From assembly GCA_030550585.1 (NCBI GenBank), contig JAUQPB010000001.1, positions 160,001 to 224,000 of the forward strand: a stretch of DNA of 64,000 nucleotides, in the 5' to 3' direction. Positions 38,077 to 50,059 of the stretch are shown in pieces. A model generated the notes under the pieces. It was not told the DNA's origin, did not search any database, and saw only the letters and a program-made list of their open reading frames with translations. This DNA is from Thermoproteota archaeon (GTDB taxonomy: Archaea > Thermoproteota > Thermoprotei_A > Sulfolobales > Ignisphaeraceae). Each line of letters opens with the position of its first letter. Within the stretch, counting starts at the first letter, position 1. A program made the translations under genes and the position numbers.

Positions 38077-39384
38077 TTGAGCTCAAATAATAGGGGATCA
38101 TCTAGAATACCAGGTTTTTATAACCTCTCCCTAGATGAGAGACTAAATATTGTTGCCAATTGGGCTGGTTTAACTAAAGATGAAATCGATTTACTGAGAA
38201 ATTTTGGAAATCTCGGAGCTAAACTAGCCGATGCTATGATAGAAAATGTTGTAGGTGCAATGTCGTATCCTTTTGCTATCGCCCCCAACTTTAGGATCAA
38301 TGGAAAGGACTATCTGATTCCAATGGTTATCGAAGAGCCAAGCGTTGTTGCAGCAGCAAGCAACGCTGCCAAAATGCTTCGAGAGGCCAATGATGGTGAT
38401 GGTATAAGGGCTCTCTCTGACAAACAGATGATGATAGGACAGATACATCTAATGAAAGTTCCATCGCCACGCTTTGTAGCAATGGAGATTATGCGAAGAA
38501 AAGATGAGATACTTGAACTTGCCAATTCCACTAACAAAACTCTTGTTAGTATCGGTGGAGGTGCTAAGGATGTTAGTGTAAGGGTCATCGAAACTAGGAG
38601 GGGGCCTGTAGTTGTCGTCCACCTACTGGTTGATGTAATTGATGCTATGGGTGCTAATACCGTTAATACAATGGCTGAAGCTGTGGCACCATATCTCGAA
38701 AAACTCACAGGTGGAGAGGCAAGATTGAGAATAGTGTCTAACTACGCAATTTACAGGCTTGCAAGGGCATGGGTAAGAATAGACGTGGACAAAATCGGTG
38801 GAAGAGAAGTTGCAGAGAAAATAGTTGATGCAAGTGCTATTGCTGAGGCAGACGTTTTCAGGGCTGTAACACATAACAAAGGGATAATGAATGGTATAAT
38901 AGCTGTTGCTCTTGCAACAGCACAGGATCACAGAGCAATTGAAGCTGGTGTACACGCATATGCCGCAAGAGATGGTGCGTATAAACCTCTTAGCATATGG
39001 GACATAGATTCCCAAGGTTATTTAGTAGGCGTGTTAGAAATACCCTTACAAGTTGGCACAATAGGCGGTTCTGTGAAAACCCATCCAATAGCTCAAATAG
39101 CTCTGAAGATCCTTGGAATTAAATCAGCAAAAGAGTTGGCAGAAATCATGGCAGCTGTTGGCTTGGCACAGAACTTTGCAGCTCTCAGAGCACTTGTTAC
39201 TACAGGTATTCAGGCAGGGCATATGAAGCTCCATGCCAGGAATTTAGCCATTGCTGCAGGAGCTCAAGGAGATCTCATAGAGCTTGTAGCAGAGGAGATG
39301 ATAAGAGAAGGTAAGATAACATTCGATAAAGCAAAAGAGCTTGTTGAGAAATATAGAAGCTTGAGATCTGGCACAAACATTTAG
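38077..39384 (+). CDS. mvaA: HMG-CoA reductase, class II (bacterial-type)
   Basis: IENVVG, EEPSVVAAAS, DAMGAN, THNKGIMNG, GLAQNFAAL, GIQAGHMKLHARN. Confidence 0.93.
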   Translation: MSSNNRGSSRIPGFYNLSLDERLNIVANWAGLTKDEIDLLRNFGNLGAKLADAMIENVVGAMSYPFAIAPNFRINGKDYLIPMVIEEPSVVAAASNAAKMLREANDGDGIRALSDKQMMIGQIHLMKVPSPRFVAMEIMRRKDEILELANSTNKTLVSIGGGAKDVSVRVIETRRGPVVVVHLLVDVIDAMGANTVNTMAEAVAPYLEKLTGGEARLRIVSNYAIYRLARAWVRIDVDKIGGREVAEKIVDASAIAEADVFRAVTHNKGIMNGIIAVALATAQDHRAIEAGVHAYAARDGAYKPLSIWDIDSQGYLVGVLEIPLQVGTIGGSVKTHPIAQIALKILGIKSAKELAEIMAAVGLAQNFAALRALVTTGIQAGHMKLHARNLAIAAGAQGDLIELVAEEMIREGKITFDKAKELVEKYRSLRSGTNI

Positions 39385-39401
39385 AGTGAATTGATTGAAA
39401 A

Positions 39402-39499
<98 letters not shown>

Positions 39500-39790
39500 T
39501 CGCATGTATCATATCTGTTTGCTGTAAAATACTTACACGAATGCAATTTTAAGCTTTTCACCAGACCAGGAATATCTTAATAGTCGTTGCAAATATCCAT
39601 GCAATTCGGCTATGTATTATCTTCGGATACCTGCTTCAACATTTTAGATTTGTGTCTAAGCATATCTTCCAATGGGTATGGGGATTACTCAAAAAGAATG
39701 TGAAAATAGGTGTTATGCCCTATTAGCAAGATTAAAATGTTTTTGAATAGTTTATCTTTTCGTGTTTTGCTCACAGCATATACTGCAACG

Positions 39791-42007
39791 TTATAGTGAA
39801 ATGAATTCGTCTGGGCTTGGAGGCTCTGGCTTCAGACCCTTTCTCTGTCTAATTTTCCTCACAATGTCAAGTAGCATAGAGTCTGGTACAGGTGCCCAGC
39901 GACTGAATTCTGTGCCCCAGAATGCTTTTCCAGCGCTTGCACTTCTAAGCTCGTTTGCTAGATCAGCAGACTCAGCAACTGGTATTTCTGCCAGCATCTT
40001 AACTAGGTTACCCACCATGTGAGTAACATTTATTATTCTGCCTCTCCTCTTCGTTATAACTGATGATATTGGCCCTAGATAGTCCATTGGGAACTTTATT
40101 TCTATTTTCTGAAGAGGCTCTAGTAGAGTTGGTCTCGATGTCAATATTGCTGCGTATATCGGATTCCTAACTGCCGGGTATATTTGTGCGGGTCCTCTGT
40201 GTGCAGGGTCTTCGTGAATTACAGCATCATGTAGAATTACCTTCAATCCTCTTACAGGCTCCATAGCTAAGGGACCTTCTTTCATAGCCAATCTAAATCC
40301 TTGTATAATAGTATCTCTAACCTCTCTGAGGTACTGTATTCCTGATGTCATGTCGATAAACACATCTATGTTTTCATCTATGGCCCATATCCTTCTCGCT
40401 TCATCGTAATCCCAGCCAGCCTGATCCCTCAGTATCCTAGCCCTCTTGTGTGTATCCATATCCTCTGTAATAACACCTTCTTGTATAAGCTTAATAGTCT
40501 CTTCATTTAATGGCTCTATGCTTATGTAAAACCTATTATGCTTGTTTGGAGACTTGCCTTCGAAAACCTTGCTTTTCTCTCTAGCGGTCTCTCTATACAC
40601 TATTGTCGGAGGTGATGTGTCAACATCTAATCCGAACCTTTCTTTGAGAAGTGTCAACACTATTTCAAGGTGTAGATGACCCATACCCGAGATTAGATAT
40701 TCTCCTGTTTCCTCATTTATTTTAACAACGAGATTCGGATCTTCTATACTCATCTTCTTTAGCGCGTCAATTAGCTTTGTTAAATCGCTTGTCTTCTTGG
40801 GCTCAACAGCCATTGTAACAACGGGCTCTGATATATACCTCATCCTCTCGAAAGGTGTCATAACATCCCTCAGCTTTGGATCAACAACAGTTTCACCTGC
40901 CCTTGCTTGATCAAGTCCTAGTATAGCAGCTACATTACCAGCTGGAATTCTGTCTACAACCTCTCTATACGGTCCCATGTATATACCTACTTGCAGAACC
41001 TTTTGAACAATTCTACTATTTATTAGATAAAGCTCTTGGCCATTGTATACAGTGCCTGAAAACACCCTTCCAGTTGCTACAAAGCCTGCATGTGGATCCC
41101 AACGCATGTCACATACAAAGAATACTACAGGGCCGTCAGGATCGGCCGCCATCATAGCCTTTCCAATGTCGGTGTTTATATCTCCTCTCCAAATCTTCGG
41201 TATTCTGTATGCCTGCGCCTCTCTTGGGTTAGGAACAAATTTTACAACCATATCTAGAAGTGCTTCGTGAAGTGGAATCTTCTTTTTGAGCTCCTCTAGC
41301 CCTTCTTTATCTCCCTTTGAGTAAACTTCTATCAAATCATCTATTTTTACACCCTTCTTCTTGCTTAATGGGACTGTTAGACCTATTGCATCTTTTGCGC
41401 TTCCGAATGCTACCATGCCTTGTGCAGGATCTAGAATCCACTTCTTTTTGAATTCAGGCTCTGCATATGTCTCAATTAGATTGTTTACCTCCTTTATGAT
41501 CTCTACAAACCTCTGTTTAATGTCATCCGGCCTCATTCTCAACTCTTTTATCAATCTATCTACCTTGTTGATGAATAGCAGAGGTCTTACCCTCTCCTCT
41601 AATGCTTGTCTAAGAACAGTTTCCGTCTGTGTCATAACCCCCTCTACAGCATCGACAACAACTATTGCTCCATCAATCATTCTAAGGCTTCTAGTTACCT
41701 TTCCAGTGAAATCGACGTGGCCAGGCGTATCAACTAGGTTTATAACGTATGGTCTTCCCTCAAATTCGTGGTACAAACTTATATTAGCTGCTTTGACTGT
41801 CATCTGCCTTTTTTGCTCAATGTCTAAAAAGTCCATTGCAAGGAGTTGACCAGCTAGTCTAGGGGATATTAGCCCAGCAGCAGCTAACAGACTATCTGTT
41901 GTTGTTGTTTTTCCGTGATCTACATGTGCAATTATACCAACATTTCTGATTTGCTCTGGGTTGTTCATTATCTTTAGTATTTGGTCAACGCTTTTCACAA
42001 ATCTCAT
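39791..42007 (-). CDS. fusA: Translation elongation factor 2
   Basis: [21 protein letters not shown], diphthamide motif [11 protein letters not shown]. Confidence 0.98.
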   Translation of the reverse strand: MRFVKSVDQILKIMNNPEQIRNVGIIAHVDHGKTTTTDSLLAAAGLISPRLAGQLLAMDFLDIEQKRQMTVKAANISLYHEFEGRPYVINLVDTPGHVDFTGKVTRSLRMIDGAIVVVDAVEGVMTQTETVLRQALEERVRPLLFINKVDRLIKELRMRPDDIKQRFVEIIKEVNNLIETYAEPEFKKKWILDPAQGMVAFGSAKDAIGLTVPLSKKKGVKIDDLIEVYSKGDKEGLEELKKKIPLHEALLDMVVKFVPNPREAQAYRIPKIWRGDINTDIGKAMMAADPDGPVVFFVCDMRWDPHAGFVATGRVFSGTVYNGQELYLINSRIVQKVLQVGIYMGPYREVVDRIPAGNVAAILGLDQARAGETVVDPKLRDVMTPFERMRYISEPVVTMAVEPKKTSDLTKLIDALKKMSIEDPNLVVKINEETGEYLISGMGHLHLEIVLTLLKERFGLDVDTSPPTIVYRETAREKSKVFEGKSPNKHNRFYISIEPLNEETIKLIQEGVITEDMDTHKRARILRDQAGWDYDEARRIWAIDENIDVFIDMTSGIQYLREVRDTIIQGFRLAMKEGPLAMEPVRGLKVILHDAVIHEDPAHRGPAQIYPAVRNPIYAAILTSRPTLLEPLQKIEIKFPMDYLGPISSVITKRRGRIINVTHMVGNLVKMLAEIPVAESADLANELRSASAGKAFWGTEFSRWAPVPDSMLLDIVRKIRQRKGLKPEPPSPDEFISL

Positions 42008-42120
42008 TTTTATTACCCTACCTTATCCAAGTCTCTATCTATTCCAAGGCTTATTAATTTTTTATATCCTGATACAATTAAGTATAGCTGGCCAGAACCT
42101 ATTAAGCTTTATACCATAGG

Positions 42121-42843
42121 TTAACCGGTCTTACCCTCTGAGAAATAGTCTATGATGGATTTTCCCTGCTCCTTCTTCTGATCCTTAAAACCTTTGTATA
42201 GAGCGTGTATCACCTGATAGATCTCTGCAGCTCTTTTTTCGCTAAGCCCCTCAATCTTCGTTAAATCAGATAGCGATGCTGTGCAGAAGTTGTATATGGA
42301 TCCAAACCTCTCCAGTATTCTCACAGCTGTTTTTGGGCCTACATGCGGAAACGCTTGTAGTATATACAACTGCCATTCTGTTGTATCAGAAGATAGCGAT
42401 TTTTGAGTGGGTTTTTTGATGTTTACCATAGTATTCCTCGATCTTCTCTCCCTCACAGCAACTCTTTTAATTATCTCGGCCGTTTCTTCCTCATCCCTAG
42501 AACTAAGCATTATTATGCCGATGTCAAGAGCTAGTGTTATATATGCGCCGATAATGGCGCTTCTCCTAACATTGGAAAGCCTTGCAGCTTCTTTCAAACT
42601 GCCCTCTATTATCATGATGGCTTTCTCAAACTCGTTTACAAGCCTTGTAGCTTGGTCGAACAGCCTTCCATCAACTAGAGATTTTATGAAATCTGAAGCA
42701 GTTTTTCTCTCTATGCCAATACTGTTGGAAATTACATAGTCGCCAACAGAAAGAAATTTGAATATGACTGTAACGCCTTTGCCAAGCAGAATTTGAGGCA
42801 CTTTCGAATTCTTCTCCCGCTCATCAACATATACCACAACCAT
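42121..42843 (-). CDS. xpf: Crenarchaeal XPF (ERCC4) endonuclease
   Basis: VDERE, GDY, ERK...DF..S..DGRLF.Q, HhH pair, C-terminal PIP-like SIIDYF. Confidence 0.93.
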   Translation of the reverse strand: MVVVYVDEREKNSKVPQILLGKGVTVIFKFLSVGDYVISNSIGIERKTASDFIKSLVDGRLFDQATRLVNEFEKAIMIIEGSLKEAARLSNVRRSAIIGAYITLALDIGIIMLSSRDEEETAEIIKRVAVRERRSRNTMVNIKKPTQKSLSSDTTEWQLYILQAFPHVGPKTAVRILERFGSIYNFCTASLSDLTKIEGLSEKRAAEIYQVIHALYKGFKDQKKEQGKSIIDYFSEGKTG

Positions 42844-42854
42844 TTGCAGCCACC

Positions 42855-43955
42855 TCAGCTACGCTCCTCAACAAATTCTAGAACACCTATCTCGCTTACA
42901 CTGTTTAATATCTTGATTAGATTCTCAATCACATGCTTAACGTTAAATGTTCTTAATATAGCACCCCCAGCTACCTTATGGCCTCCCCCACCACCGCCAT
43001 AGACTTCTACCAACTTCTTCAGAATGTTGCTATAAATATCAATGTCTAACGCATTTACAACCTCATCCTTACCCCTGTATACGACCCTCACCGCTTTTAG
43101 ATCCTCATCCTCAGTTAAAACAAATGATATGTCATAGCCTATCGATATCAGACTTGACGCACAATCTGATTCATATGCCCCAACATTAGATATGGCGACA
43201 AAGACTTCGCTACCCTTTATCCTTATCTTGAAGCCTCTATGCCTAAGTACACACTTTATTCTTGCAATTCTATTTGACGGAGGTTTCTCAACAGCTGTAA
43301 GCTTCATAGCCTCCTCATAATCTGCTCCCAGATCCATCATCTTTGCTACAGCATGGAAAGTGTTTCTAGCAACTCTTTGAAACCTCTTTGTATCCCACAA
43401 AACCCCTGCTAGAAGGATCGTAGCCAGCTCATTTAAATTATCAAGTCTCTGATCATGGTTTACAATAATTTCGAAAACTATTTCTGCAGTTGAGCTATAA
43501 TGCTGTTCATCCCCAAAAAACAGTATCCTCTTGTTTTTATCTGAAGCCTGGATATCTCGATATTGATGATGGTCAATAACAATGATGTTGTCACATCTAA
43601 TAACATAGTCTTTGATTATTCTGAGCTGCTCCCATGAAGCTGTATCCACTATTATACAGGTGTCGCACGGCTCCCTACTCTCTAACTGATGATATTTCTT
43701 AATCACATTGATCGGTATATCCATTCCCTGGCAGAATTCGTATATGCGCTTGCATTCAAGCCCTATCCCTTCTGGCACTAGAATTTCCACAAATGCGTTT
43801 CTATTTATGCTATTAACCAGTTTATGTAACGCACATGCAGATGAAAGGGCATCGGGATCGGCATTAACGTGAGTTACTATGACAACTCTCTTTGCATTCT
43901 CTATCATTTTCTTCATAGCATCTAAATCTTGATAAAAATTGTTCTGCTGCATCAA
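42855..43955 (-). CDS. DHH-family phosphoesterase
   Basis: THVNADPDA, VDT, IDHH, SSTAE, DT..F, GGGGH..AGG. Confidence 0.9.
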   Translation of the reverse strand: MMQQNNFYQDLDAMKKMIENAKRVVIVTHVNADPDALSSACALHKLVNSINRNAFVEILVPEGIGLECKRIYEFCQGMDIPINVIKKYHQLESREPCDTCIIVDTASWEQLRIIKDYVIRCDNIIVIDHHQYRDIQASDKNKRILFFGDEQHYSSTAEIVFEIIVNHDQRLDNLNELATILLAGVLWDTKRFQRVARNTFHAVAKMMDLGADYEEAMKLTAVEKPPSNRIARIKCVLRHRGFKIRIKGSEVFVAISNVGAYESDCASSLISIGYDISFVLTEDEDLKAVRVVYRGKDEVVNALDIDIYSNILKKLVEVYGGGGGGHKVAGGAILRTFNVKHVIENLIKILNSVSEIGVLEFVEERS

Positions 43956-44226
43956 AAGCCTTACTCACCGCAGTGTCTATTATTGCTTCTAGACTTGGCT
44001 TACTAATAAAATATGCCTTTGCATCTACATCAATAGATATCGTTAAAGTATCGTCAAGCTTAACACTTATTGCAATGCCGTAGTCCGTTGCTCTTGTTCC
44101 TAATACAGTATTCAGATAATTGATAATGGTATTTTCTATGATGTTGGCAAGCTCTGACAATACATTGAAATCGATTTTATTTAGATCCAGATTAAGTGGC
44201 TTTACCTTTCTCATCTTTAACTTCAA
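43864..44226 (-). CDS. DUF3194-like protein
   Basis: Position between pfdB and the DHH gene; ISIDVDA...IIDTAVSKAF. Confidence 0.65.
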   Translation of the reverse strand: MKLKMRKVKPLNLDLNKIDFNVLSELANIIENTIINYLNTVLGTRATDYGIAISVKLDDTLTISIDVDAKAYFISKPSLEAIIDTAVSKAFDAAEQFLSRFRCYEENDRECKESCHSNSR

Positions 44227-44260
44227 TCACAAGATTGATTGTCTAGATACTCAAATTACT

Positions 44261-44632
44261 TTACTGTTTTCTGTAAAGCGTTGAGGCATATTGTTGAAGC
44301 TTTGACTGCACTTCACTTAGTTGTTGTCTAATTAAAGCTTCTTGCCTGCTAAGAGTTTTCAATCTCAATTCTAACAGCTCCTTTCTTTCATTTAGCTCCT
44401 TTTCTGCATCAGCCTTAGTGATTTTTATTAGAAGATGACCGGCACTTCTATACATTTCAACATTGTCTGGGACATTCTTCAGAACATCTAATGCTCTGTT
44501 TACCTCCCTAAGCTCTTGTTCTATAACACTTTTTTCAGCTAACAACTGATTTAACTGAGTTTGTAGCTGTTGATATTTAACAACCTGTTGCTGTACTTCG
44601 GGTGGCAGAGTCTCAGCCAATCTCAACACCAT
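44261..44632 (-). CDS. pfdB: Prefoldin beta subunit
   Basis: LPPEVQQQ..KYQQLQ, MYRSAGHLLI, EL.ERKELLELR. Confidence 0.93.
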   Translation of the reverse strand: MVLRLAETLPPEVQQQVVKYQQLQTQLNQLLAEKSVIEQELREVNRALDVLKNVPDNVEMYRSAGHLLIKITKADAEKELNERKELLELRLKTLSRQEALIRQQLSEVQSKLQQYASTLYRKQ

Positions 44633-44684
44633 CTAGATGCATTATTTGTAGTATCAGTTTTGTATAGCTCGAATATATTAATTT

Positions 44685-44957
44685 TTAAGATCTATAACCT
44701 TCAAGTATATTCATTGTTTCGATTGAAGCATTTATTAAATATAGAATAGAATTTATAAATGCCCTAGCATGACTTAATGTATCAGCCTCTACCTCTAAAT
44801 ATAGGGAGCAGGAATTATCCATCCTTATTAACGGCTTTATCCTACCCACATTAGCAGGGCTAACCACCTCAGCAAAAATGCTGTTATAGAGCACCTCAAC
44901 AATATTGCAATTACCCTCAGATTTTATTGCCAACCTAGCTTTTACACCGAAAAACAA
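44685..44957 (-). CDS. pcc1: KEOPS complex subunit Pcc1
   Basis: LYNSI..E...LEVEADTLSHARAFINSILYL; conserved operon position. Confidence 0.8.
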   Translation of the reverse strand: MFFGVKARLAIKSEGNCNIVEVLYNSIFAEVVSPANVGRIKPLIRMDNSCSLYLEVEADTLSHARAFINSILYLINASIETMNILEGYRS

Positions 44958-45101
44958 GTTCTATACACCACTAAAACTTCGATCTACATTTCCTCATTTC
45001 TGTTGCCACATCTTAATATCTCTATATCTCTCCTAAATAGAAAGAGAGATGCTTACATTATTTAAATTCATTTTCATAACCATAGATAAACGAACATTTT
45101 A

Positions 45102-45674
45102 TTAGCTTGAATCATTAGATCTAGAACATATTCTAATCACCAAATATCTTGTGCCACTATTACAACTGTTAAAGGTGACCTCTACGCCCATCCTACCCCT
45201 AGTCTTAAAATGTTCTATATCAACACATATGCTGTTTCTTTGTACCCTTTGCTCACTTTGAAATGCACTAATGTTGAATGCTTTGAGTATACATTCTAGC
45301 GTATCGGACGGAAACTCTGATTCTAATAGAGCACTGCCTCTCTTGATTATAGATGTCTCCACTTGGTGTATGCCTTTATATGCCTCATCTATGGAATAAC
45401 CACAAATTCTTAGTGTACATATCTTTACCAACTCCATTGATGCAACAGCTACTTTGTATACGTCTATGAAGCCTGGATTGCCTTTTCTATTCCTAACAAC
45501 CAGTATTTTATCTGCATTGATGTCTACAGCTTGAAGAGCCAGCAACTTGAAAGTCTGCTTTCCTCTGTTAACCTTTACTGCATTTGGTACTACTTTAGAT
45601 AATGCTTTAATAAATCGTCTGGTGTTTCTTGTTGGCCTATGAGATGATGTTATTAAAATTTTTGTGTTTTTCAT
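45102..45674 (-). CDS. Brix-domain (Imp4-like) ribosome biogenesis protein
   Basis: ITSSHRPTRNTRRF..AL, NRGK, RKGNPG. Confidence 0.85.
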   Translation of the reverse strand: MKNTKILITSSHRPTRNTRRFIKALSKVVPNAVKVNRGKQTFKLLALQAVDINADKILVVRNRKGNPGFIDVYKVAVASMELVKICTLRICGYSIDEAYKGIHQVETSIIKRGSALLESEFPSDTLECILKAFNISAFQSEQRVQRNSICVDIEHFKTRGRMGVEVTFNSCNSGTRYLVIRICSRSNDSS

Positions 45675-45710
45675 TATGCTATACAGGCCCTAAATACACA
45701 TAATCATTCT

Positions 45711-45941
45711 TTATTTTTCTATTGTCCAGGGGGTATATGCTGCACCAGCCCATTTGCTATGACATTTTGGACATTCCCAAATACCGAAGGCTATTCTTCT
45801 AAATGTTGTTATTGCTCCGCAATATGGGCATTGATATTCTGCGTATCTTCTTTCCATAACCTCCTTCCACTTCTTTCTTATGCTTGCGCCATATCTAGCC
45901 CCAAATCTCCCTGCTATACCAACAACCTTCAGCCTGCCCAT
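45711..45941 (-). CDS. rpl37ae: 50S ribosomal protein L37Ae
   Basis: AGRFGARYG.SIRK, CPYC, GIWECPKC, AGAAY.P. Confidence 0.96.
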   Translation of the reverse strand: MGRLKVVGIAGRFGARYGASIRKKWKEVMERRYAEYQCPYCGAITTFRRIAFGIWECPKCHSKWAGAAYTPWTIEK

Positions 45942-46021
45942 GTTGTCTTTGCACCTATACCCAATTTCGTATTCTTAATAGAAATGTTTTTGCTGAGGAA
46001 ATAAAAGCATTCATTCTGTAG

Positions 46022-46849
46022 CTACGTAATGAATTTTCTAATTGTTTCTATCAATTCTTTTCCTTTGTTGAGAGAAATTTCTATTGCTTGCTCCAGCTCC
46101 TTCTCTGTAAAAGCTCCCAACCCCCTTTTCTGCATACCAACAATATTACCATCTTCGCTCACAGCTATAGCCAAACTGGCACTCGCGAGTGCCTCCTCCT
46201 CAGCAGTTGGATCAACTACTAGTACATCGCCTATCTTGTATATGGTTACAGTGGCTACAAGCTTGTTCATTGGTAGTAGTCCAGCAGTTTTACTTCTATC
46301 AATCTTCACATTGCCGCTTGCCTGATCAACCTCATAGTAAGGTATTTTAGTATTTGCAAGTGCAAGAATCGATGCAATCATAGCTGCATCGATAAGATTG
46401 CCATCATGATCTAGCACATATATGTCGAGCCATACAACCCACACTTTTCTTCCAGGAATTAAAGCTAGTTTATCAAGTGCTACTGCCCTTGGCTCTCTAA
46501 TGGATCTGTCGATGACTCTTGCAAGCTCGATAGCATTTTCATCTGGTGGCCCTGGCTCAAAGGTTGGTGATGCTGCTGGAATATACTCTGCATTGACTAT
46601 CAGCACACCCTCCTCCGGGTTGTCTGGAAATGGCTGGCCAACCTCTAGCTTCACTCCTGCCAAGACTTGCGTATAGCCAAGTTTAACAAGCACTGAGGAA
46701 TCTGCATTGGGAGAAACATTTTTCACAACATCGATCTGTCTATAGCTTAGCAAAGGCCTCTTATCAATGTGATTACCCTTTGCCAACACATTCAGTATTG
46801 CATTCATCTTTATCTTTGGAATAATTGGTGTCTCAGGCGTTGATGACAT
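46022..46849 (-). CDS. rrp42: Exosome subunit Rrp42
   Basis: PFPDNPEEG, FEPGPPDENAIELARVIDR, DHDGNLIDA. Confidence 0.96.
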   Translation of the reverse strand: MSSTPETPIIPKIKMNAILNVLAKGNHIDKRPLLSYRQIDVVKNVSPNADSSVLVKLGYTQVLAGVKLEVGQPFPDNPEEGVLIVNAEYIPAASPTFEPGPPDENAIELARVIDRSIREPRAVALDKLALIPGRKVWVVWLDIYVLDHDGNLIDAAMIASILALANTKIPYYEVDQASGNVKIDRSKTAGLLPMNKLVATVTIYKIGDVLVVDPTAEEEALASASLAIAVSEDGNIVGMQKRGLGAFTEKELEQAIEISLNKGKELIETIRKFIT

Positions 46850-46862
46850 GCCTATTCACCCT

Positions 46863-47588
46863 CTACTCTTCTATCTCAACATACTTCTTTTTTAAAGCCT
46901 CTTTCTGCAAATTGTAAATCCTATTTATACCGTCGAGAGCCAATTTCAAGGCTTTTTTAAACTCTTCGGGGGTTAAAACACCGTTTAGCTGAATCATGGT
47001 TATCTTCCCAATTGAAGGCATAGCGGCAACAGGCATGTCTGCTTCGCCATACATGTCCTCAACCTCATTAAGATCTAAAACAATAACCCCATCAACCTTC
47101 CCCACCGCAACAGCTGCCACAAGGTCTAGCATGGGTATCCCGGCATCTGCTAGAGCGAGAGAGGCTGCTGTTATTCCCGCTGTTCTGGTACCTCCTTCAG
47201 CATTTAGTACCTCGACAAAGATGTCAATGGCTGTTCTAGGGAACTGAGAACTGACTATTGCAGGTTCCAAAGCCTCTCTAATAACTTTTGAAAGCTCTAT
47301 TTCACGTCTGCTAGGAGCAGGACTTTTTCTTTCGCCCATTGTCGAAAACGAGAGCATTCTATACCGACATCTTATTATAGCTCTATCAACCTGCTCCTCA
47401 TGCCTTGGAACAACCTCACGAGGTCCATAGACAGCTGCCAGAACCTTCGTATTGCCTATTTCGACTATCGCAGACCCATCAGCATTCCTTAGAACCCCCA
47501 CCTCCATTTTTATTGGTCTTAGATCTGAAGGTGTTCTACCATCTACTCTCTTTCCTTCTATAATTAACTGAGGCTTGTTAGCTTTCAT
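46863..47588 (-). CDS. rrp41: Exosome exonuclease Rrp41
   Basis: [40 protein letters not shown]. Confidence 0.97.
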   Translation of the reverse strand: MKANKPQLIIEGKRVDGRTPSDLRPIKMEVGVLRNADGSAIVEIGNTKVLAAVYGPREVVPRHEEQVDRAIIRCRYRMLSFSTMGERKSPAPSRREIELSKVIREALEPAIVSSQFPRTAIDIFVEVLNAEGGTRTAGITAASLALADAGIPMLDLVAAVAVGKVDGVIVLDLNEVEDMYGEADMPVAAMPSIGKITMIQLNGVLTPEEFKKALKLALDGINRIYNLQKEALKKKYVEIEE

Positions 47589-48318
47589 ACTTTATCAACC
47601 CCCTCTTTACTTTCTCATTTATAATAAACTCTTTTATTCTTTCAGTCAAGCCTGCTGTGTGAGCCTCTGCCTCAATCTTCTTTAGAGCGAGTATTGCAAT
47701 GTATTCCAACTCTGCATCAGGGCATCTAAGCAATACCCTACCATTCACCCCAACAACAAAATCGCATTTTGTTTGCTCCATGAGCATTGATATCATAGAC
47801 CTCTTCTTTCCTATAACCCTACCAATCTTGCTTGGCTCTATCTCGACGAGAGACCCGCTAATAACCTTGCCAAGCCCTTTGTCTTGAACCGTCAGCAGTG
47901 GCTGTCTTGTTCTGTCGAATTGAGCTACTTTGGCTATCACAACATCCCCTATGTCAAGATACTTCCGAATGTTATCTGTTGCAGGATTAAATGGCTTTCC
48001 TATATAGTCTGACGCATTTAACACGGCTAGATATGGCGATTTTATATCAATTAACCATGACGATAGGGTAACATCGTATACAATTCCTATTACAATATCC
48101 CCCTCTTTTGGCATGTAACGCCCTTTCAAAGGGATTATCCTTATCTTCTTTTTTTCATTCTCTTCAACATCCTGCAAAGATACTGTTGTAACAACATATG
48201 TATTTTCATTTAACCTATATAAAGATGTTCCTACGCCTGCTCCTTCAATAGACATGTTCTTGTCTAGGACTATTTGATCTCCTGGAAGCCTAATTGTTCT
48301 CTGAACAGAGCTAGACAA
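47578..48318 (-). CDS. rrp4: Exosome RNA-binding protein Rrp4
   Basis: [12 protein letters not shown]1 domain, KH GRVIGKK.SM, EAHT.GLTERI; TTG overlapping the SBDS stop. Confidence 0.93.
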   Translation of the reverse strand: MSSSVQRTIRLPGDQIVLDKNMSIEGAGVGTSLYRLNENTYVVTTVSLQDVEENEKKKIRIIPLKGRYMPKEGDIVIGIVYDVTLSSWLIDIKSPYLAVLNASDYIGKPFNPATDNIRKYLDIGDVVIAKVAQFDRTRQPLLTVQDKGLGKVISGSLVEIEPSKIGRVIGKKRSMISMLMEQTKCDFVVGVNGRVLLRCPDAELEYIAILALKKIEAEAHTAGLTERIKEFIINEKVKRGLIKYES

Positions 48319-49009
48319 CGCTAAGCACCTTAACAGACGCATTACCCTTTGTAAGCTCGTTTACCTTGTCTATAAGCTCGCTCTGCATCCCGGCAGGTAT
48401 TTCAATCTGGACTATTAGAGAGCCGTCTGCTAGCCAATTACTCTTCTTAACCTCTCCCAGCTTCATAATCTGACCAGCTACTTTTGATGCATATTCAGCT
48501 GGAACAGAAATTTCTACAAGAGCCTTAGCAATTCTTATTGGAATAACCTTGGAAATCGCCTTTACTATTTCGGGAACCTGCTCCTCAACAGATTTGTAGA
48601 GGTCGATGCTAACCCTCGCCTCCTCCATAGCTTTTTCAATACGTGATGGGGGTATCGGGGTCTTCGTCTTCGGGTCTATTGCCGACTTAGCTATGTGGTA
48701 AACTATCTGCTTTCTTTTCATCTCCAATAGCTTTCTTCTCTGCTCTGTTGTCAGCTGGAGCTCTCCATGTTTAACTATCTCAGCCGATATTTTATACACA
48801 TCCTCAGTGCCAAAAACCTCTTGAAGTTCTGATGGAGATGCTTTCAACCCCTTTTTTGCGTCCTTATATATGTAATCCCCTACAACAACCTCTTCAATGC
48901 TTATTTTCTCCCCTTCCTTAAACCTATAGGCCTTTTCAGGATCTACAAGAACCTCAAACCTCTTCCCCTTAACAACAAGCCTTGCAATCACATACTCCTT
49001 TTTGCTCAA
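48311..49009 (-). CDS. Ribosome maturation factor SBDS/Sdo1
   Basis: [38 protein letters not shown]. Confidence 0.95.
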   Translation of the reverse strand: MSKKEYVIARLVVKGKRFEVLVDPEKAYRFKEGEKISIEEVVVGDYIYKDAKKGLKASPSELQEVFGTEDVYKISAEIVKHGELQLTTEQRRKLLEMKRKQIVYHIAKSAIDPKTKTPIPPSRIEKAMEEARVSIDLYKSVEEQVPEIVKAISKVIPIRIAKALVEISVPAEYASKVAGQIMKLGEVKKSNWLADGSLIVQIEIPAGMQSELIDKVNELTKGNASVKVLSVV

Positions 49010-49737
49010 GTAGTTACACCCGCTTTCTCTAAGAAACTCTGCACCTCTTCTGAACCAAGTTTTCTAAAGACCTTTGAACTTACATCGGCTACACCAATCT
49101 CCACTCTCTCAACCTTTAAAGGCTCTTCAAGAGATGCCCTCAACGCTCTCAACCCCAGAATTATCATCTCCTCAACACTTAGCTTGGTGTTGTAATGTTT
49201 TTCTAGATAACTCGCAACTGTTTGCTCTCCCGCACCTGCTGCAACACCATAGTACTTGAAATACAACCCGCTTGGTTCGGTTTTGATAAGCTCAATACCC
49301 TTTCTGTCAATTCCACCAAATATTATGGAAACTCCAAAAGGTCTCACACCACCTTGTTGAGTATATGCCTGCTTTATATCGCATATCGTTCTAGCTAAGA
49401 GCTCGACATCTATCGGTTCATCAAATGTCAGCCTATGCCTTACTGCTAAAAGCCTTGCATAATCTATTAAAACCCTTCCATCATGGCCAAGCCCAGAGAA
49501 GGTGGCCCCAATATGTGAGTCAACTATGAAAACCTTTTCAAGATCCATTACATCGTGAAGTGGTGCAACCCTTCTTCTTTCAGCTATTAACACAACTCCA
49601 TACTCTGACTTTATACCCAGCGATGTCCAGCCTCTTCTGACAGCCTCAGCTGCATACTCAACTTGATAGAGTTTTCCATCAGGCGAAAATATTGTTAATG
49701 CCCTATCATAGCCCATTGCCGCGGGCATGAATGACAT
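49006..49737 (-). CDS. psmA: Proteasome alpha subunit
   Basis: [33 protein letters not shown]. Confidence 0.97.
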   Translation of the reverse strand: MSFMPAAMGYDRALTIFSPDGKLYQVEYAAEAVRRGWTSLGIKSEYGVVLIAERRRVAPLHDVMDLEKVFIVDSHIGATFSGLGHDGRVLIDYARLLAVRHRLTFDEPIDVELLARTICDIKQAYTQQGGVRPFGVSIIFGGIDRKGIELIKTEPSGLYFKYYGVAAGAGEQTVASYLEKHYNTKLSVEEMIILGLRALRASLEEPLKVERVEIGVADVSSKVFRKLGSEEVQSFLEKAGVTT

Positions 49738-49804
49738 GATTACATCTCACCAAATTTCTTTACAAATATGATAAGAGAACTGAGTTAAAAAATTAATCTT
49801 GGGT

Positions 49805-49872
49805 CTTCAGTGGGTAGTCCTTTCTATCATTAGTATTTATCAACATAGGAGCAGTCGGGGGACTCATCATCT
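49805..49872 (-). ncRNA. Box C/D sRNA
   Basis: ATGATGA-GTCCCCCGACTGCTCCTATG-TTGA...ATGATAG-AAAGGACTACCCA-CTGA; TATA-like TTATTATA about 25 nt upstream. Confidence 0.65.
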
Positions 49873-50059
49873 CATACTTTACATAGGCTTTACCGATATA
49901 ATAAGTGTTAATAAATATCTATATATTTCATCTTTAGAATTGGTTTTAGTATACAATTTGTACCGGCTTAAAAGTTTCGGAAATGTTAAATGTGAAGTAA
50001 ACCACAACATTTTTATACAGCTCATTAGATACTCATATCAGACAGTGGTGTGAGTTTTC

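Noticed and set aside
45675-45710. Absence of rpoP between rpl37ae and brix in the exosome superoperon
   Set aside because: Relocation of rpoP out of this operon is known in crenarchaea, so it is not novel.
49799-50053. 84-aa plus-strand ORF
   Set aside because: Spans the sRNA antisense and promoter DNA; not protein-like.
49873-50059. Replication origin upstream of cdc6
   Set aside because: AT-rich, but no repeated ORB/mini-ORB (TTCCAGTGGAAAC-like with G-string) is visible; the gene context suggests the Orc1-2-type paralog, which is not usually origin-linked.
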